Assembly: GCF_001949145.1 (NCBI RefSeq)
Contig: NW_019091360.1
Span: forward strand, 2,291,599 to 2,355,598
Source of the DNA: Acanthaster planci
Taxonomy: Eukaryota
Direction: 5' to 3'
Length of the DNA: 64,000 bases
How positions within the stretch are numbered: position 1 is the stretch's first letter; the number at the start of each line of letters is the position of its first letter. The position numbers were made by a program, and so were the translations under genes. The notes beneath the pieces were generated by a model. The model did not search any database. It had not been told where the DNA came from and saw only the letters and a program-made list of their open reading frames with translations. This document shows positions 1 to 13,312 of this stretch, piece after piece.

Positions 1-99
1 TGGCTGCAACCCCTATACATAAATGGTTTTAGGAAGCCATACCGCATAAAACTTTTGTGTTATTTATGGTCGTCGCCCAGACAACCACCTGCTAGGAAC

Positions 100-560
100 A
101 GTAATTATTGACCCGGTTGAGTGGAGTCACGCAAAGCCACCGTCTGCTCTTCCATTTCTTAACATTTTCAATAAACAGGACTACTTGTTACAAATTAACA
201 AACACATCTGCAAATGAGGTGGAAAACATTACTCTTTTGCCAACAGCAGGTATCGGTACATGTATGCCTAATTTCACCATCAACACCTCTCCGTGACAAT
301 TTATCACCCAACAGATAACCACCTGCTTAACTTGGAAGAAACCATTCGGGAATTTCTTGGGAAAAAGACGGAACCACAGAAAAGGCAGTCTACTGTTACA
401 TGTCCATTATTTCCCAAACAAGTCAGGACAATTTCTTTCTTCTTTTGGTGTAACCACAGATCTACCATTCTCCAGAATGCTAGTGCCTACCCCTACAGGT
501 GACAAGCTCCTGGCAAACAAGGGTATTGTGCGTTCACGTTCTATTCACCGTACCCATGAG
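100..560 (+). mobile_element. Possible decayed Penelope-like element fragment
   Basis: VTIYHP..L.NLEETIR...LFPK resembles the PLE segment between RT and GIY-YIG; by-eye resemblance only. Confidence 0.25.
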
Positions 561-1939
561 TCATCCATATGTGCCCAATATGTACCGCGCTGTATACATG
601 TGTACCTATTGGCCAGAAATTTCCAAGTTTTGGGTAAGATGACTAATATTAAATACCATGTACGGTTACCGGTACAGCAAGATTATCCGGTTGGGACAAA
701 GATTACTCACGTGCCTTTATCATGCCTTAAGTACATGTACCAGTATACTGCTGGTAATACCATGAAGGAATAAAAACATACCCTGGTCCCCCTCCTCAGA
801 TGTAAATTATACACACCAAGAAAATGCAAACCGGTGTAGGAAACAGACTGGAGGAAATACATACATTTGTACAGAGTTATTACACTGCCAAACCTGAACG
901 ATAATGGACAGGTCAGTACAAGAACACATGTACATGAAGCTGGCATAATGTACTGTACATGTACTGTATGCAAATGTACAGGACTCTTAGCTAACACCTG
1001 TATGCATTGTACATGTTTGTACAAAACTTTGTCACAATACAGTCTGTATACAGTACACACTGCAGAATGCACGAAGATTATGTAACTGTCCAAGCAGGAG
1101 ATCCTCACATGTATGAAACTGGAGAAATGCCAATACATGTATTGAGAAAACAATGCCCATGTTGTTGGTTTTCATTTTGGTTGCAATCTTGATGATCAGC
1201 CAATTATCCCATGCGCTCATCAAGCAACGATGGTTTTTCATGTGTGAAGTGAAAAACTGTGAAATTTTGTTGCGCTCATTTTCCCCAGGCATCCTTTGAG
1301 CAATTTGGGAATGTCTACCAGTAGCTCAGGCAATATTTTTTAACACCATTGACATGTGCAAATCAAACATTTCTGTAGTCGACATGGCTCACCAGGGTGG
1401 GCAATTTTTCATTTTGTTAAAAAACAAAATCTGGGTTTTTTAGTTGAATGGAATTTTTTAATTTTCATCCAAATTGGAAACAATTTGGTTCAATGATGTA
1501 TTAATCTTCATGATGCATGTGTATTGTTTTTCATTCATTTATATCTTCTGCTACAAAATTAGCAAAATTTGGATTTGAATTAAGAAATTTATATCAAGTT
1601 TGTGTCCTTCCTCCATAATGTAATTGACTCAATTCACAAACCACCTTGAATATTGTCTAAACCCAGTGCAATGCATGCAGTATAGCATATACCGGTACAT
1701 GTATGTACCCACAGAGACAACACTTCCTTCACTTCAGAGACAAGTACATGTATGGTCCATGTACCAAGGATAAAGTGCATACCCTACCTGTCTACTGAGC
1801 CCTGTTTGTCTGTCCAGGCATATCCTGCTCTTCTTCAGCCCTGTACTGGTGTCTTAAGAATTTGCCAAGTTTGGAATGTCAGTGTTTTAATTTTTATTAA
1901 TTTTATGGTTATTTGCATTGTATGTTATTTAATTCAGAG

Positions 1940-2020
1940 ATTTTATCTATTTCTCGTGGATGCCTGTAAGTGGCGGGTAACTGCTGTTGGTCATCAGAAA
2001 TAAATAAAATAAATAAAAAA
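1940..2020 (+). repeat. Retroelement-like 3' end with (AAAT)n tail, copy 1
   Basis: cctgtaagtggcgggtaactgctgttggtca...aaataaataaaataaata; related inverted copy at about 25451-25520. Confidence 0.55.
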
Positions 2021-5000
2021 TCTGAACTCTAAGTTTCGACAAAATTAGAATTCACAAGAGTTGTTAACAGGGTACTTCTACGTGTACTGAATAACTAATG
2101 ACTGATAAACATGCCATGAACCACATGTACATGTACGTTGATTTTGTTTACATGTATGTACATGTAAGTGTAGTCTAGGTGCGAAATGCAGGTATTTCTC
2201 TTACTGTAATATGTGCAAAAAACACTCTTGTTTTGTTTGTGATCCAGCCCCTTTGTGATTAATAGAGCGATGACATATGCTTGATTAAAATCACATTATT
2301 AAGAGCACGTTGTTAGTGGTGTTAGTTTCATTGCATACTGACCAACGTTTCTAATTTCCATTTACAGGTAGGCCTAATATGTGTGTATACTTGTGGAGAT
2401 AAAAGGTTGATGTACATGCACACTGATACTTTACCAATGTCAAACTCTGATCACATCAAATCTCCTGTCAAAACTCCTTCACATCAAAGTCTTTCACTGA
2501 ATCAAAATAACTGATCGAAATCGAAGCAGGTGGATTGAATTGAACAAAAAAATCCTGTCTGACCCAGATTGTGTGTAATGGACGTGCTCACTCATTATCT
2601 GTTCATGAACAGATGAGTATATTCACCAAGTAAAATTAAGGAGACAAAAATTTTTGTGTGGCCAATCAGGACCAAGTTGTGTGGACATTTCTCTGTTCCC
2701 ACAACGTTTTCGGTCCCCACATAATACATGAAGACAAACACATGTCCCCACAATTGTGCAAGGCACAAGTGCACATGAAGGTATAATTGCAGAGGTCACG
2801 CATGTACCGCTACCAGCTTGATATGAGCAGAGGAGAACCACAGATGACGAGACACAAACCTTATATACTTGGCTTTCACTTCACCTGGAATATTTTACAC
2901 ACTGTTACTGTGGAAAAACCTTTTCTTGTTTAAGATCATTTTTTTAATCAGGTAAGATGTATTTAAAAATGTAAATCGTACACATTTTGCTCAGAGACGT
3001 GCAGTTACATGTTATTGATGGCAGTACGTGCATATATGCATTTTCAACTGCAACAGATCCAACATTTACAAAAGGTTAAGGGATGCAAATTAGGGGTGAC
3101 ATCCAAACAAACGAGCATGGCATTTTAATTTTTCTTGTGATGAGGTTTCTGTCTTATGTAAAGTTATCAAAGACATGTAACCAGTCGTTTATGCATGTAG
3201 TGCAGCCCTACATACGTATATATATCAGTACCAGTCTAACTCCATGGGAAATGCACCCCACTCAACATTAAGTGATTCCAATAACTGTTAGCCATGAACA
3301 GTAAGCGTGAAATGGAAGAAGCATTCAAGTTGATTAAATCGACAATTTCATGGCACATGGACACGCTGCGCTAGCCAGCCAAACACATCCGTGGGTGTGG
3401 GGTCGGGGAGATAGCAAACAGCATGCAGTGCTAAAAAATGCGAAAGAGCTTAAGTGCAACCTTGGCAAAAACACTGCAACAAAAATAGAATCTCAGCCTA
3501 AAAAAAAAGACGTCCTGGAAGCCATTAGCAAGGCACAGAGTCCAAAGAGACATTGCCAAATGCATTTTTACAATCAAAGACACGTGAGGCAAGTCACAAA
3601 GTAAAGCTGTTCGCAGTAACCGTCTTCCCTCTTAATGATGCTTAAATGCCAAGATTCTGTGTACTGAGCACTTTCAATACTCTACTGCATGGTACATGTA
3701 CAGTACATGTACTTTTGCCGAGCTACCAAATTCATAGGGAAAAAGGCTCTCCACTTTTTTGCATTCAGAAATCCATTTGTGGATCCCTCCCACTCACTAC
3801 AGCCCTTTTGCCACCACATTCAGAAAAATTTCATACCCAGCGTTATTTTCAAGATATCCCATATTGATCTATGGTGATCCTACATGATGTTCAGTACGTT
3901 CTTCTAATTCTATTGCCCTATTGCCAACAATGCCATCACTGGTTCAAAATCCTTCTTCCCCTGCACACTGTACACAAGTATACCGGTACATGTACAGTTC
4001 AAACATGCACATGTAACACAGTGAATTTTTGTAAAGGACTCCTCTTTTTTCCTCCATTTTGCCAAGAATGACTCAGTCTTAGTAAACTGCCAATGCCTGA
4101 ACTGGATCATGAACTGCAAGGAATCCAACTACCGTTTACCCCCATGATGCATCCTGGGGTCTGGGGTTGGGGAAAGTCTCTAGGCTTACTGTACGTCTTG
4201 CAAACACTTTTTGAACAGTTACCAAATGGCACTGTAGTAATACACGTACATGTAAATGACTCATTTGTGATCTCATGAGTGCTACCTGGAGCATGCCTTG
4301 GACACATGTTCCCTGTCTCCCAAGTGCTACATTTCGGAACAATTCCCAACTGCCCAAGTGCTACATTTCAGAACAATTACAAAGTTTCAAAAACAAATTT
4401 GGAGTGAGCTGTGGTGACTCATATTTTCACAACCCCACACCAACTGTTGTGTACATGTTGTATGTATGTACATTGAAAACAGCCGAGATTTTCACAACTA
4501 GGAACAAATAACTATGAGTGTGTCAGTGCAGTACTTGCACCTGCATGTCAAACTACATGTAAGTCAATGTGTGCCCAAACTTGAGTTATTTTCAACGGAA
4601 TGTGCAAAATCCCACAATGCCTTTACATCAAAAGAAAACGACAAGGCAAAAACTCTTCATCCAAAATGATACTCGGCTATCCTTACAATAGAAAACATAA
4701 ACAACACGCACATGAACCGGTACACAAAGGTGTGATTATGGTCCTTTTATCTCTTTTGATGTGCTATTTATGGTTTGCATCTATGTACATGTATACCACA
4801 GTACATGTATCACGGTACACGTCATGCACAGTAGGCCAACACATTGCTCGATCTTTCAATCAAAAGGAATCTACTGGACAGCAAATTTCTACACGTAGAG
4901 CACTGAACAGTTCTCTTTCATCTTGGTTGGATTCTGTAGAAATTTGCTTTGCTTTGGTATGATTATTTTAGGCCAATACATGTACATGTCAGTGTAAACA

Positions 5001-6439
5001 CTATATATGCTTTCCTGAATACCATACTATGAAGAATGATTGTGACATGTACATGTAAAGCTTCAAGGTAATATCTGTTAGTCATTCACAGGCAATTACA
5101 AACTTATCTTTCCTGATTGATGGACTGTTTGCATGTTAAGACTGGGATTCATGCAGGTGGTTTTGCGGGCAAAGAAATGACAGGGGAAAGGCATTGTGAA
5201 CTATATGTACAAGTATGTTCATCGTGATACTCACATCTGGTTATTGTAGTATGCCTGCATGTTAACATGTACACCACACGTATTTTTGGAAAGCGTAGAT
5301 AATAGTATACATATTTTCAGCAAACAAACAAACAGGCATCCATGCCAAACAGAGTAGAAGGTACATGTACATGTAGCACACGATACGTATCTTCCCAAGT
5401 CACATTTACAATGTACGTCATCATGAGCCCTTTGTCATAGAGGCGGTCATGCTCAACTGCACAGCTACAGCTACATGTACATGTAGTAATCACAACTGCA
5501 CCCGTAAACACCTGTAATAAAAACAGGACATGTAACTCTCATTCAATGAGGTTTTTGACAGTGTCAATTGTTACATGTACAATGTACATGTACGGGTTCC
5601 ATAAAAATGAGGAGTTTTATTTCCCTGAAGGTGGATTCCAAATTGACATTGTTATACATCTTGCAAGGCTGGATACAGAGGTGTGTGTTATTTGAACAGA
5701 GTAAATGACCTACTCTAGACGTCATGGCAGGTGTTAAAAGTTTTGGGTGTGACAAGGATACCCGTCACAAATTGTGCCCCAACCTCACGGAAAGACCCAA
5801 CTATAAGTATGCCAATATACTGCCCCAACAACCAGAACATTTGCTTGTATAATAATCAGAATTATGCATGCATCCATGTGTGCCTCCCACAAACTGTCCC
5901 AGTACACCGTACATAGACGGTTCATGATTTACTCTACGTAAAGTGAGATCCATTGCTGCAAACGGGAGGGATGGGACCATTCACAAACTAGGATGTACAT
6001 GTACATGCCGTACAGTGCTGATGAAATCTCAGCCTTATTGGCTGAACATGCTCCATAAATGATGGATATCCACACCACCTACGGTATTCTGATGATTCAA
6101 AAATTTTCCCACGACCTACAAACTGCTGTTTAGACGGAGAACAAACATAAATACATGTACTTGTGCGATGCATGCTGTATTTGTACCGGTACAAGTTCAA
6201 CACGACATCAGAACAAATGGGCTACACTAAACGTAGGGATGCAACTAGGAGAAAAACATTCCGCTTTATACTTCTGATAGACAGAACATTGCTCATGTGT
6301 CACATACATGTAGCCGTACATGTATCTCCGATTTAAATATGATTTTACAAACACCCAAGGGAGTTAGGGTTAGGTCCATGTGCATGGTGCGACTGCATCA
6401 CAAAACAGAGGATCCATCATACTAGTACCAGTATATGGA

Positions 6440-7150
6440 AGCTCCACCTGTTAATCACATGAACCCATAGGCAATGCAAGGATTTACTGGGGCAGGGATC
6501 TACAGACCAGTGCTTTTGTTCCACAGGAAGCTTCCCTGTGGAACAAAGCAACTGCCCTGCAACAACAAAGCCTCTATTCAGGTGGTGGAGCAATTTATTC
6601 AAGATGTATTCAGATGTTCCTTAAAACAAATACTGAATGTTGCATCTATCTATGCAATGGAAAGATCTTTGGAAGCAGATGGAAGGTTCCAACCCACTTG
6701 AACTTGGCTTTACCAGGCGGAAGGAAAAATTCTGACTGGCTATAAAATCCTTCTTTTGAATAATGCATTCTACTTCAGTGTTGGCAAAGGCCAAAAAGTT
6801 GGCAGCATCAGAATTAAAATGGACTGTTAACATGTACATGTAGCCAAATTTAAGGAAAGCAAATGTAAATTGACAAGAGTACACTTGTGTGTGTTACAAA
6901 GTGTCATTACATGCAAGTGAATTTTAAGTCTGAAACATATATCCATTATTCCATTATAGTTATACAGTGCCCCTGAGCTGCCTGAAAATGAAGATGCATG
7001 TCCATTTTGCTTTCCACTTTTATAAAAATGAACTTTCATCATCTCTTTCCTGCCGTATAATGAAGACACTGTTGATTAGGTATTGTTAGACCCTTTCATT
7101 ATCCAAAACGAACCTCAATCCTTCCAAGTTGATAACTATTTTTTCACAGA
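6440..7150 (-). mobile_element. Highly decayed DIRS/Ngaro-like reverse transcriptase remnant
   Basis: Colinear degenerate motifs across stops and frameshifts: RFVLDNERV*QYL, QFTFAFLKFG, NFLAFANTEVEC, SGLEPS...HCID, VVAGQLLCSTGKL. Confidence 0.4.
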
Positions 7151-7423
7151 ACTCAACATTTGGGATGTACTGTAATGTGTTGGCACAGTAGTCTGAATGT
7201 TTCTAACAATGCATAACGTTGACTCAATGACTGGCTACTACCGGTATACAAACAAACAAATACCAGAAACAGGAAGGAACTGTCAACCAAAAATCCACGC
7301 ACAGTCAGTTTCTGCCAAAGATGACATCGCAACTTTGCTTGTGAAAACTGAATAGTAGCCCTAACAAACCCAAGACAATCCTCAAAAATCCTCCGGGTGG
7401 TTTTGGAAGGGTCAGCTCGTACA

Positions 7424-8136
7424 TGTAAGTCCCACACCTCATATTTCCGATGCCTCATACATGTACATTGTAAGTCCAAAAAAAGCATTTTAAAAAGTCC
7501 ATAAGTCCAATGCCTCATAAGTCCGTTGCCTCATGAGTCCGACGCCTCGTAAGTCCGACGCCTCATAGGTCCGATGGCTCATAAGTGCGACAAATGCATT
7601 TAACAGTTCCAACAGTTTTTTTCGGCCCACGGCATAAATCCAATGCCTCAAAAAATCTGATGCCTTGAAAGTCCGATGTTTGATTTGACACTCGTTAGGA
7701 GTGTATGAAGACGGTGCTAGGATTAAGTTCGCGGTGTCAAGTATGGTGTACTATTTATGACACACAGCGTCACTTCGTCCACAGGTGGTATCATACATCA
7801 TTCTTACATGTAGTGGTATTTTGGATTAACAAACACTGGACCATTGTACGACCTGTGCAGGGAGTCTGCTTGATTTAGTTTTCCTAACTGGATCAGTACC
7901 ATGGGCACGAGTTGGGAACAAAGTTGAATCTTGCTTGCGGCCGACACGTTGCGCGGACCCGCACACCTCAATGTATCAGAGGCAACTGCACTGATGCCTC
8001 ATATTAAGTCTGACACCTCGTTGGTCTGACATTGGATTTATGAGGCATCGGACCTTTGAAGCATCAGAACTATGAGGCTGAAAAAAAATACCCATAAATC
8101 CGACACGTCATTATTCCAACGCCTCATAAGTCCGAG
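7424..8136. repeat. Element built from a 16-bp unit (ATAAGTCCGACGCCTC) in tandem and inverted clusters
   Basis: Five to six consecutive units at 7501-7590; further copies at about 7424-7460, 7633-7680, 7993-8030 and 8095-8136; inverted copies at about 8033-8078. Confidence 0.85.
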
Positions 8137-8147
8137 TATTAAACATA

Positions 8148-8606
8148 GGTCATGCTATTTAGTGTCAACAAGCTTTAACGAGCGTCAACAAAGCATCAAC
8201 AAGTTATTCAAGCATATTTATGCAAAGATTTTTTATTTACTATTCAATTAGGCTCCTACATATCAAATTCAATGTATTATACATGTATATATCTATCTGA
8301 AATGATATCTGAGTGTGGAAATTTGAGTGACAAAATCAGGCCTGTTTGTGCAGTCTGACTGGCTGCCATCTTGTTTTCACGTGGACAGCAGAGGAAAGAA
8401 AGCTGGCGGCCCCCTTACATCACGAAAAACGTTGTATTCCTGCGAGAATCTGGACGCAACTTCAGTGTTTCGTTTACACAGTGGCATGTGTTAGAGTCTC
8501 TTAAATATGATAAAACCACTTTTAAATCTGTAGAGGGCATTTTCAGGTTGTTGACGCTAATTGTGTTTGTTGACGCTTGTTGACGCAAAATACATGTAGC
8601 TTGACC
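8148..8606. mobile_element. MITE with TIRs and subterminal GCGTCAACAA repeats
   Basis: Left GGTCATGCTATTTAGTGTCAACAAGC; right reverse complement GGTCAAGCTA(CATGTA)TTTTGCGTCAACAAGC. Confidence 0.75.
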
Positions 8607-8967
8607 GATAAACACAGCTAGGGGACACAGAACTCCAACTGCTGAAAGGGCATACATACATGTGATATCTTGACATTTACAAATGGCTGGGTAATCAGCT
8701 AAAAGCATGAAAACTATCACATATCTATCACCCAATCTACATGTGAAGTGGAAAACAATGATAAAAAATATTTTGACATTAACATGATTAACATACAAGA
8801 ATGTGATAAAGTAAAAATGGTAAATTAAACCTTTTGTAAATGCATGCCACGTTACAAGTACATGTACATACATGTACGTATACAGTGGGGCCTACATTAT
8901 GTATGTGTCAGGCACATTTGCCAATTGTCATTATCAACCGACTGCTCAGCGTAACTGGTGACAGTAC

Positions 8968-9157
8968 TTGGAAAGAGTTCCATACATACGCCACTTGACA
9001 CCGGTGCACAAACCCTACGAGACTGGTCTGAAAAACTGTGTTTTCTAAGTAAACGACTTGGTTTTTTCCATTCTAAATTGAACTTTTCTGGATATGTTTT
9101 TGCCTTCTGATGGCTTTAATTGGCATCCGTCATGTCCGTATATGAAACACTTCCCAA
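8968..9157. mobile_element. MITE family A, copy 1
   Basis: Imperfect TIR TTGGAAAGAGTTCCATA / TATGAAACACTTCCCAA; internal sequence aligns with 17102-17326. Confidence 0.8.
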
Positions 9158-9474
9158 GTACTTTTTATAGGCCTAGACTGGCCTACTAAACTATGAAATG
9201 TCCAACTTCAGCCTGACATGCCTGAGTTTAGGAACAATCTTCCACAACCGAGAGATAGAAAGGAAAGACAATTGGCTAAAAGCAGAATTATTAACAAATG
9301 GTATTATATAAGATTGCGTTTATATACTCTCATGGACGTGGAAATAAAATAGATTTTATTGTTGTGTACCCGGCATCATATGCTGCAAAGCGCATAGACC
9401 GTCTGGGCCTACGGTATTTCTACATATTATTTGTAGCTCTATGCTAAAACCAACCAAGCAACGATCATACGTAC

Positions 9475-9900
9475 CACTTCCACGACAGAAAATTCGACTA
9501 TTTCACGTCCATTTCCAACCTAGCTCACTACAACAAAGGAAAGGACTCCTACTGCGTCGTTCAGCATGTTCAGCTCCGCCGAATCAGCTGACAATAATGT
9601 TTTCTGTGCACGGTCTTATTGTTCCCTTCCGCTGTTGACCTTTGTTACAAGTCCAAATTATAAACATCGCCAGCAATTACAACTTAACTACACGTCCCTT
9701 GCTCGTCCGAGGGCGCTGGTCAAGACTAACTCTTTTGCGTTTTCATGGGATAGATTTTGTTCGTGCCGACCTCAGTGCTAGTACTTCTGCTTGAGATGTT
9801 ACCACTTCAATTGGTAAATAGCTTTAAAATGCAACGCGTTTCCGTCGCTAGATTTTGATAAATAAATTAGTGGCTGTGAGAATAGTGCGGTGGGCACGAT
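9475..9900 (-). other. Possible non-coding first exon/promoter of a divergent minus-strand transcript
   Basis: CpG-rich patch ending in a minus-strand donor (GTG|GTACGT at 9474-9469); composition to the left resembles the MYPT introns; no coding exon identified; upstream limit approximate. Confidence 0.35.
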
Positions 9901-10343
9901 GAATGCTGGTAACCTGAGCAAACTGTACAAATAATGAAAAGAACATGTCGGGAACCTATGCTAAGTCGAGATGGTGTTATGCTATCAATTTGTGGGAAAT
10001 TGGCTTCTCCTTCAATCAAAAACTTGAAAGAGAAAGCTCACGGACTAACTCTGTTCGGGTCTACATTAATTGCCTTTCACACACAATGACTTCATTCCCT
10101 TGCTATTACCTTAGCAGGGACCATTCGCAGTCACTATTCTGGGAACTTACAAATGTGCGCGTCCAGTAAAGCCTGCCTGGAATAAATTTGAGGGGGAGGA
10201 TAATACAAATAGGCTATTCAGCAAACACTCCCGAAATTAAATTAATACAATTGTTCTAGCTGTCATAATCTTGAACTTTAATGACAAAACACGCATTACT
10301 ATCTTATTCTTGAGTGTGCTGCAAGTGTGCAATCCACACCCTT

Positions 10344-11105
10344 TGATGATACTTGAGGGCGCTATTTCAACCTAACGGTGCGCGATAGAGTAGCGGGCGG
10401 GGGAGATCTTTTAAAAATTGAGTAGGCAGAAACTAATTTAATTTAATTTAATTTAATTTATTAAATGCACGATGTCTCACAGCCTGACGGCTGAATTGCA
10501 CATCATTTGCATTATTAAAATAGACAATAACATTAACTATTAAAATACATGTATAGAAACATGTACAAATAGAATACTTTTATATAAGAATACAAACAAA
10601 ACTAACATACACCGTCTATACATCACAACACACCAGAGACCAAACAACTGGCACAGAAAAACCAAAAATAATTTTACAAACCCTTTTTAAAATCCGTTCG
10701 ATATCATTACTTTGCTTCAAATAACACCAGCATGTTCTAGCGCGGGTCCAATGTACCCAGTAAGTACAATTCGCAATTCTTCCCTGCTCAACCCAAATCT
10801 TTTCTTTACGGAACATAAACAGCCTCGGCCAACATCTTATCAACCTATATCCTTGTCAGCTGGTGAAGTTGACAAGTATATAGATTGACCCAATGACAAT
10901 AATCTTAAATTTCCCGTCAAATCACGCATTGCTACCTTGTTCTTGCACGTCACAATTAACACTTCCCTGTATTAAGACGGTCCGATTTTGTATTGTTTTG
11001 TTACCCGTACCCTATGATGAAACTTGAGGGCGCTATTTCAAATTACGGTACGGGATGAGTGCGAGTAGGGTGGGGGAGATTTTAAAACTTGGGTCGGCAA
11101 AAACT
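10344..11105 (+). repeat. Direct repeat of about 90 bp (10344-10433 and 11015-11105) bracketing a LINE fragment
   Basis: tgatga.acttgagggcgctatttcaa...gggggagat.tt.aaa..ttg.gt.ggca.aaact occurs twice. Confidence 0.8.
10434..10935 (-). mobile_element. 5'-truncated non-LTR retrotransposon (CR1/L2-group) 3' end
   Basis: Frameshifted C-terminal RT region RLFMFRK..FGLSREEL..GYIGPALEHA..QSNDIERILKRVCKIIFG, then 3' UTR and (TAAAT)n tail. Confidence 0.8.
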
Positions 11106-11724
11106 TGTGAAGTTGAAAAGAAACTTCCCCTGGTGGTAATAAACTTGAATTTATTGTCAAAAACACATTGCTTTCTGTTTCCTGAGGGTCACCAGGAGGG
11201 GCTATTCATACTGTTTATTCTGCGCTTGGTCGGGATTTGTAGTGCAACCAGAAATGAAAGGAGGGCGCATTTTCTAACTTGTGGCAGAGTCATGCGTGCT
11301 GGAGATGGAGTAAAGATTAATAAAAATGCTTTGCCGAACACCTGTGAGGTAAAATAATAGAAAACTGTGCAACTTGTCAAAACCTTTAAGTTGATGTCAA
11401 ATCAAGCATTGATATGGCCTTGAGCATTACCAGGCGGTGGCTTTTTTTTTTTTTTTTTTTTGATACTTGTTTGTTTGGTTTTTAACAATTTTACACTCGA
11501 GTTCGAGTTGGAACTGTATCACACAACACCTCCTCACCAGGGGCGTGTTTTTGGAACAAGAAACACGGACATGTTTCAGCTTTGTCCATTGGTTAAGCGT
11601 TTTGGCGACTTAAGTTTTGGCGACGTCATTGTTCCAACTGAAAGAGAACCGAATGTTGGAGTTGGTTCAGCGCCGGTTCAAAATGGAAAAAAAAATAAAC
11701 GAGCAATTTTTGTCGCCCCTCAAA

Positions 11725-11907
11725 TGAGCAGAAGCACCCCCTCATCGGTTAAAAAAAGCCTGTGGGGAGTGAGTGTTCATTTGGTTGGTAGCGACGCGAC
11801 CACGACGCGTGCATTTCATAGTCGTTTGTGAACCAGGGAAACTACAGTTCCCACCAATATGGAGATCCCATTGCGATGAAAACTGCATCTTCTCTTTGGC
11901 CAGCTTG
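11725..11907 (+). repeat. Dispersed repeat family B, copy 1
   Basis: tgagcagaagcaccc...ttggtagcga...gcatttc.tagtcgtttgtg.accag...gaaaactgca aligns with 20461-20636. Confidence 0.8.
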
Positions 11908-11959
11908 GACTCACAGTGGGTAGAAATTATGCATTTGTTTTCCAACCGCTAACTTTTAG

Positions 11960-13312
11960 TCTCACTGACCGTTTGACGCGTTTCCTAACCATTAATTGAA
12001 AGCTAGGCCAATCATTTCTGATCAGTTTTACTGACTTAGCTATAAGTCAAGCACATACTCCTTCCCCATTAGCCAGCTCAATAAACGGTTAGGCAAAATT
12101 TGTTCTTTGACCTGTAGCTGGCTCTACTCAGCAGATAGTTAGGCAAATGAAGTCCCCTACTATGTAATTGCCTCAGATGAAAGTTACGCAGAAACAACTT
12201 CCGACTGTTTAGTTGCACGTTTGGCAAACATTTCTTGACCGTTGTGGCTCAATAAACAGTTAGGCGAATGTTTCCTGACCGTAAAGTGGTTCAGTGGAAA
12301 GTTAGGCAAATGTTGCCTGACCAATAGCTGGCTTAAAGGAAATAAGGCATAATTTTTCTTCGCTGTTACTTTGCCCATTAGAAATTGAGGAAAATATGTC
12401 ATGACAAATACATGGCTGAGTCGGAAATGGTTTTGATTTGATTTTTTCCAAGGTCACTACCTCCAAGGCAGGATACTTGGGGAGCTATTCGGTCCCCGAT
12501 AGGACTGACCACGCATTAAAGGGTAGCTGCAATCAATTTTTTACTACAAACATGTAAAATGCATCTTTGTGTTTTAGTAAACCTTATTTTAAACGTTGGT
12601 TTCAATATTCGAAAGGGTATTTTAATACCTGTTTGGTTTTTATGCTCATGGGTATTTCCATATTCATGAGCAAAACAGCAATGTCATCTCACTCAGGAAG
12701 AAGCCTCAATGTTACGTTGGTTTGTCCACAAAAAGTCCTGCATTTTTGTAGATTTCCCAGGACTAAGTTTTCTCTTCTTTGCTGAATCATTGTTGTTTAT
12801 GTGCATAGCAATAAGGAACCACCAATCCCTCTCTCAGAACTGTTATCAGTTAGTAAGTTCGTGGTGCACAATTTGAACAGAGTATGAGCCACGTCTTCCC
12901 TAGATGACTTCACAGCAACAGCGCCCTCAATTGTCAGAGAAAACATAAATAATTCTGATTGTTTAAAAGTGTGCACTTTTCAGTGCAATTAACCAGTTAG
13001 GAGTGTGGAATATTTTCATGCATTGAAGAAACGTACAAAGATGCAGAAAAATTGTGTCAAAGAAAAATTTATTGCAGAAAAAGAAAAAAAATTAATAGTT
13101 GCCTCACTGCTACGTTTGACCGTTAGGAAGATTACTGACAAGTTAGGAAAATGCTTCCCTATCATTAGCCGACTCCGTGGAAAGTTATGCAAATAATATC
13201 CGTCGACCGTGCATTGGCTTTGTTGCAATTAGGTAAATGTTTCTTGACCGTTAGCTTGCTTGGTAGACAGTGAGGCAAATGCTTCCTGGCAGTACAGTTG
13301 AAAGTTAGGCAG
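11960..13312. repeat. Degenerate minisatellite of about 42 bp in two blocks (about 11960-12380 and 13110-13312) separated by unrelated DNA
   Basis: Recurring GTTAGGCAAATGTTTCCTGACCGTTAGCTGGCTC-like unit; AGTTAGGC at 42-bp spacing near 12259 and 12300. Confidence 0.7.

Noticed and set aside
705..770. Minus-strand exon ending at a GTGAGT donor near 710
   Set aside because: Contains a TACATGTA scar, no recognisable peptide and no convincing acceptor.
3600..3960. Possible decayed transposon coding remnant on the minus strand
   Set aside because: Several stops and no motif I could assign with confidence.
7424..8136. 16-bp repeat cluster as a CRISPR array
   Set aside because: Units are contiguous without unique spacers, there are no cas genes, and the context is eukaryotic.
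11960..13312. 42-bp periodic repeat as a CRISPR array
   Set aside because: The whole unit is degenerate rather than a constant repeat plus unique spacer.
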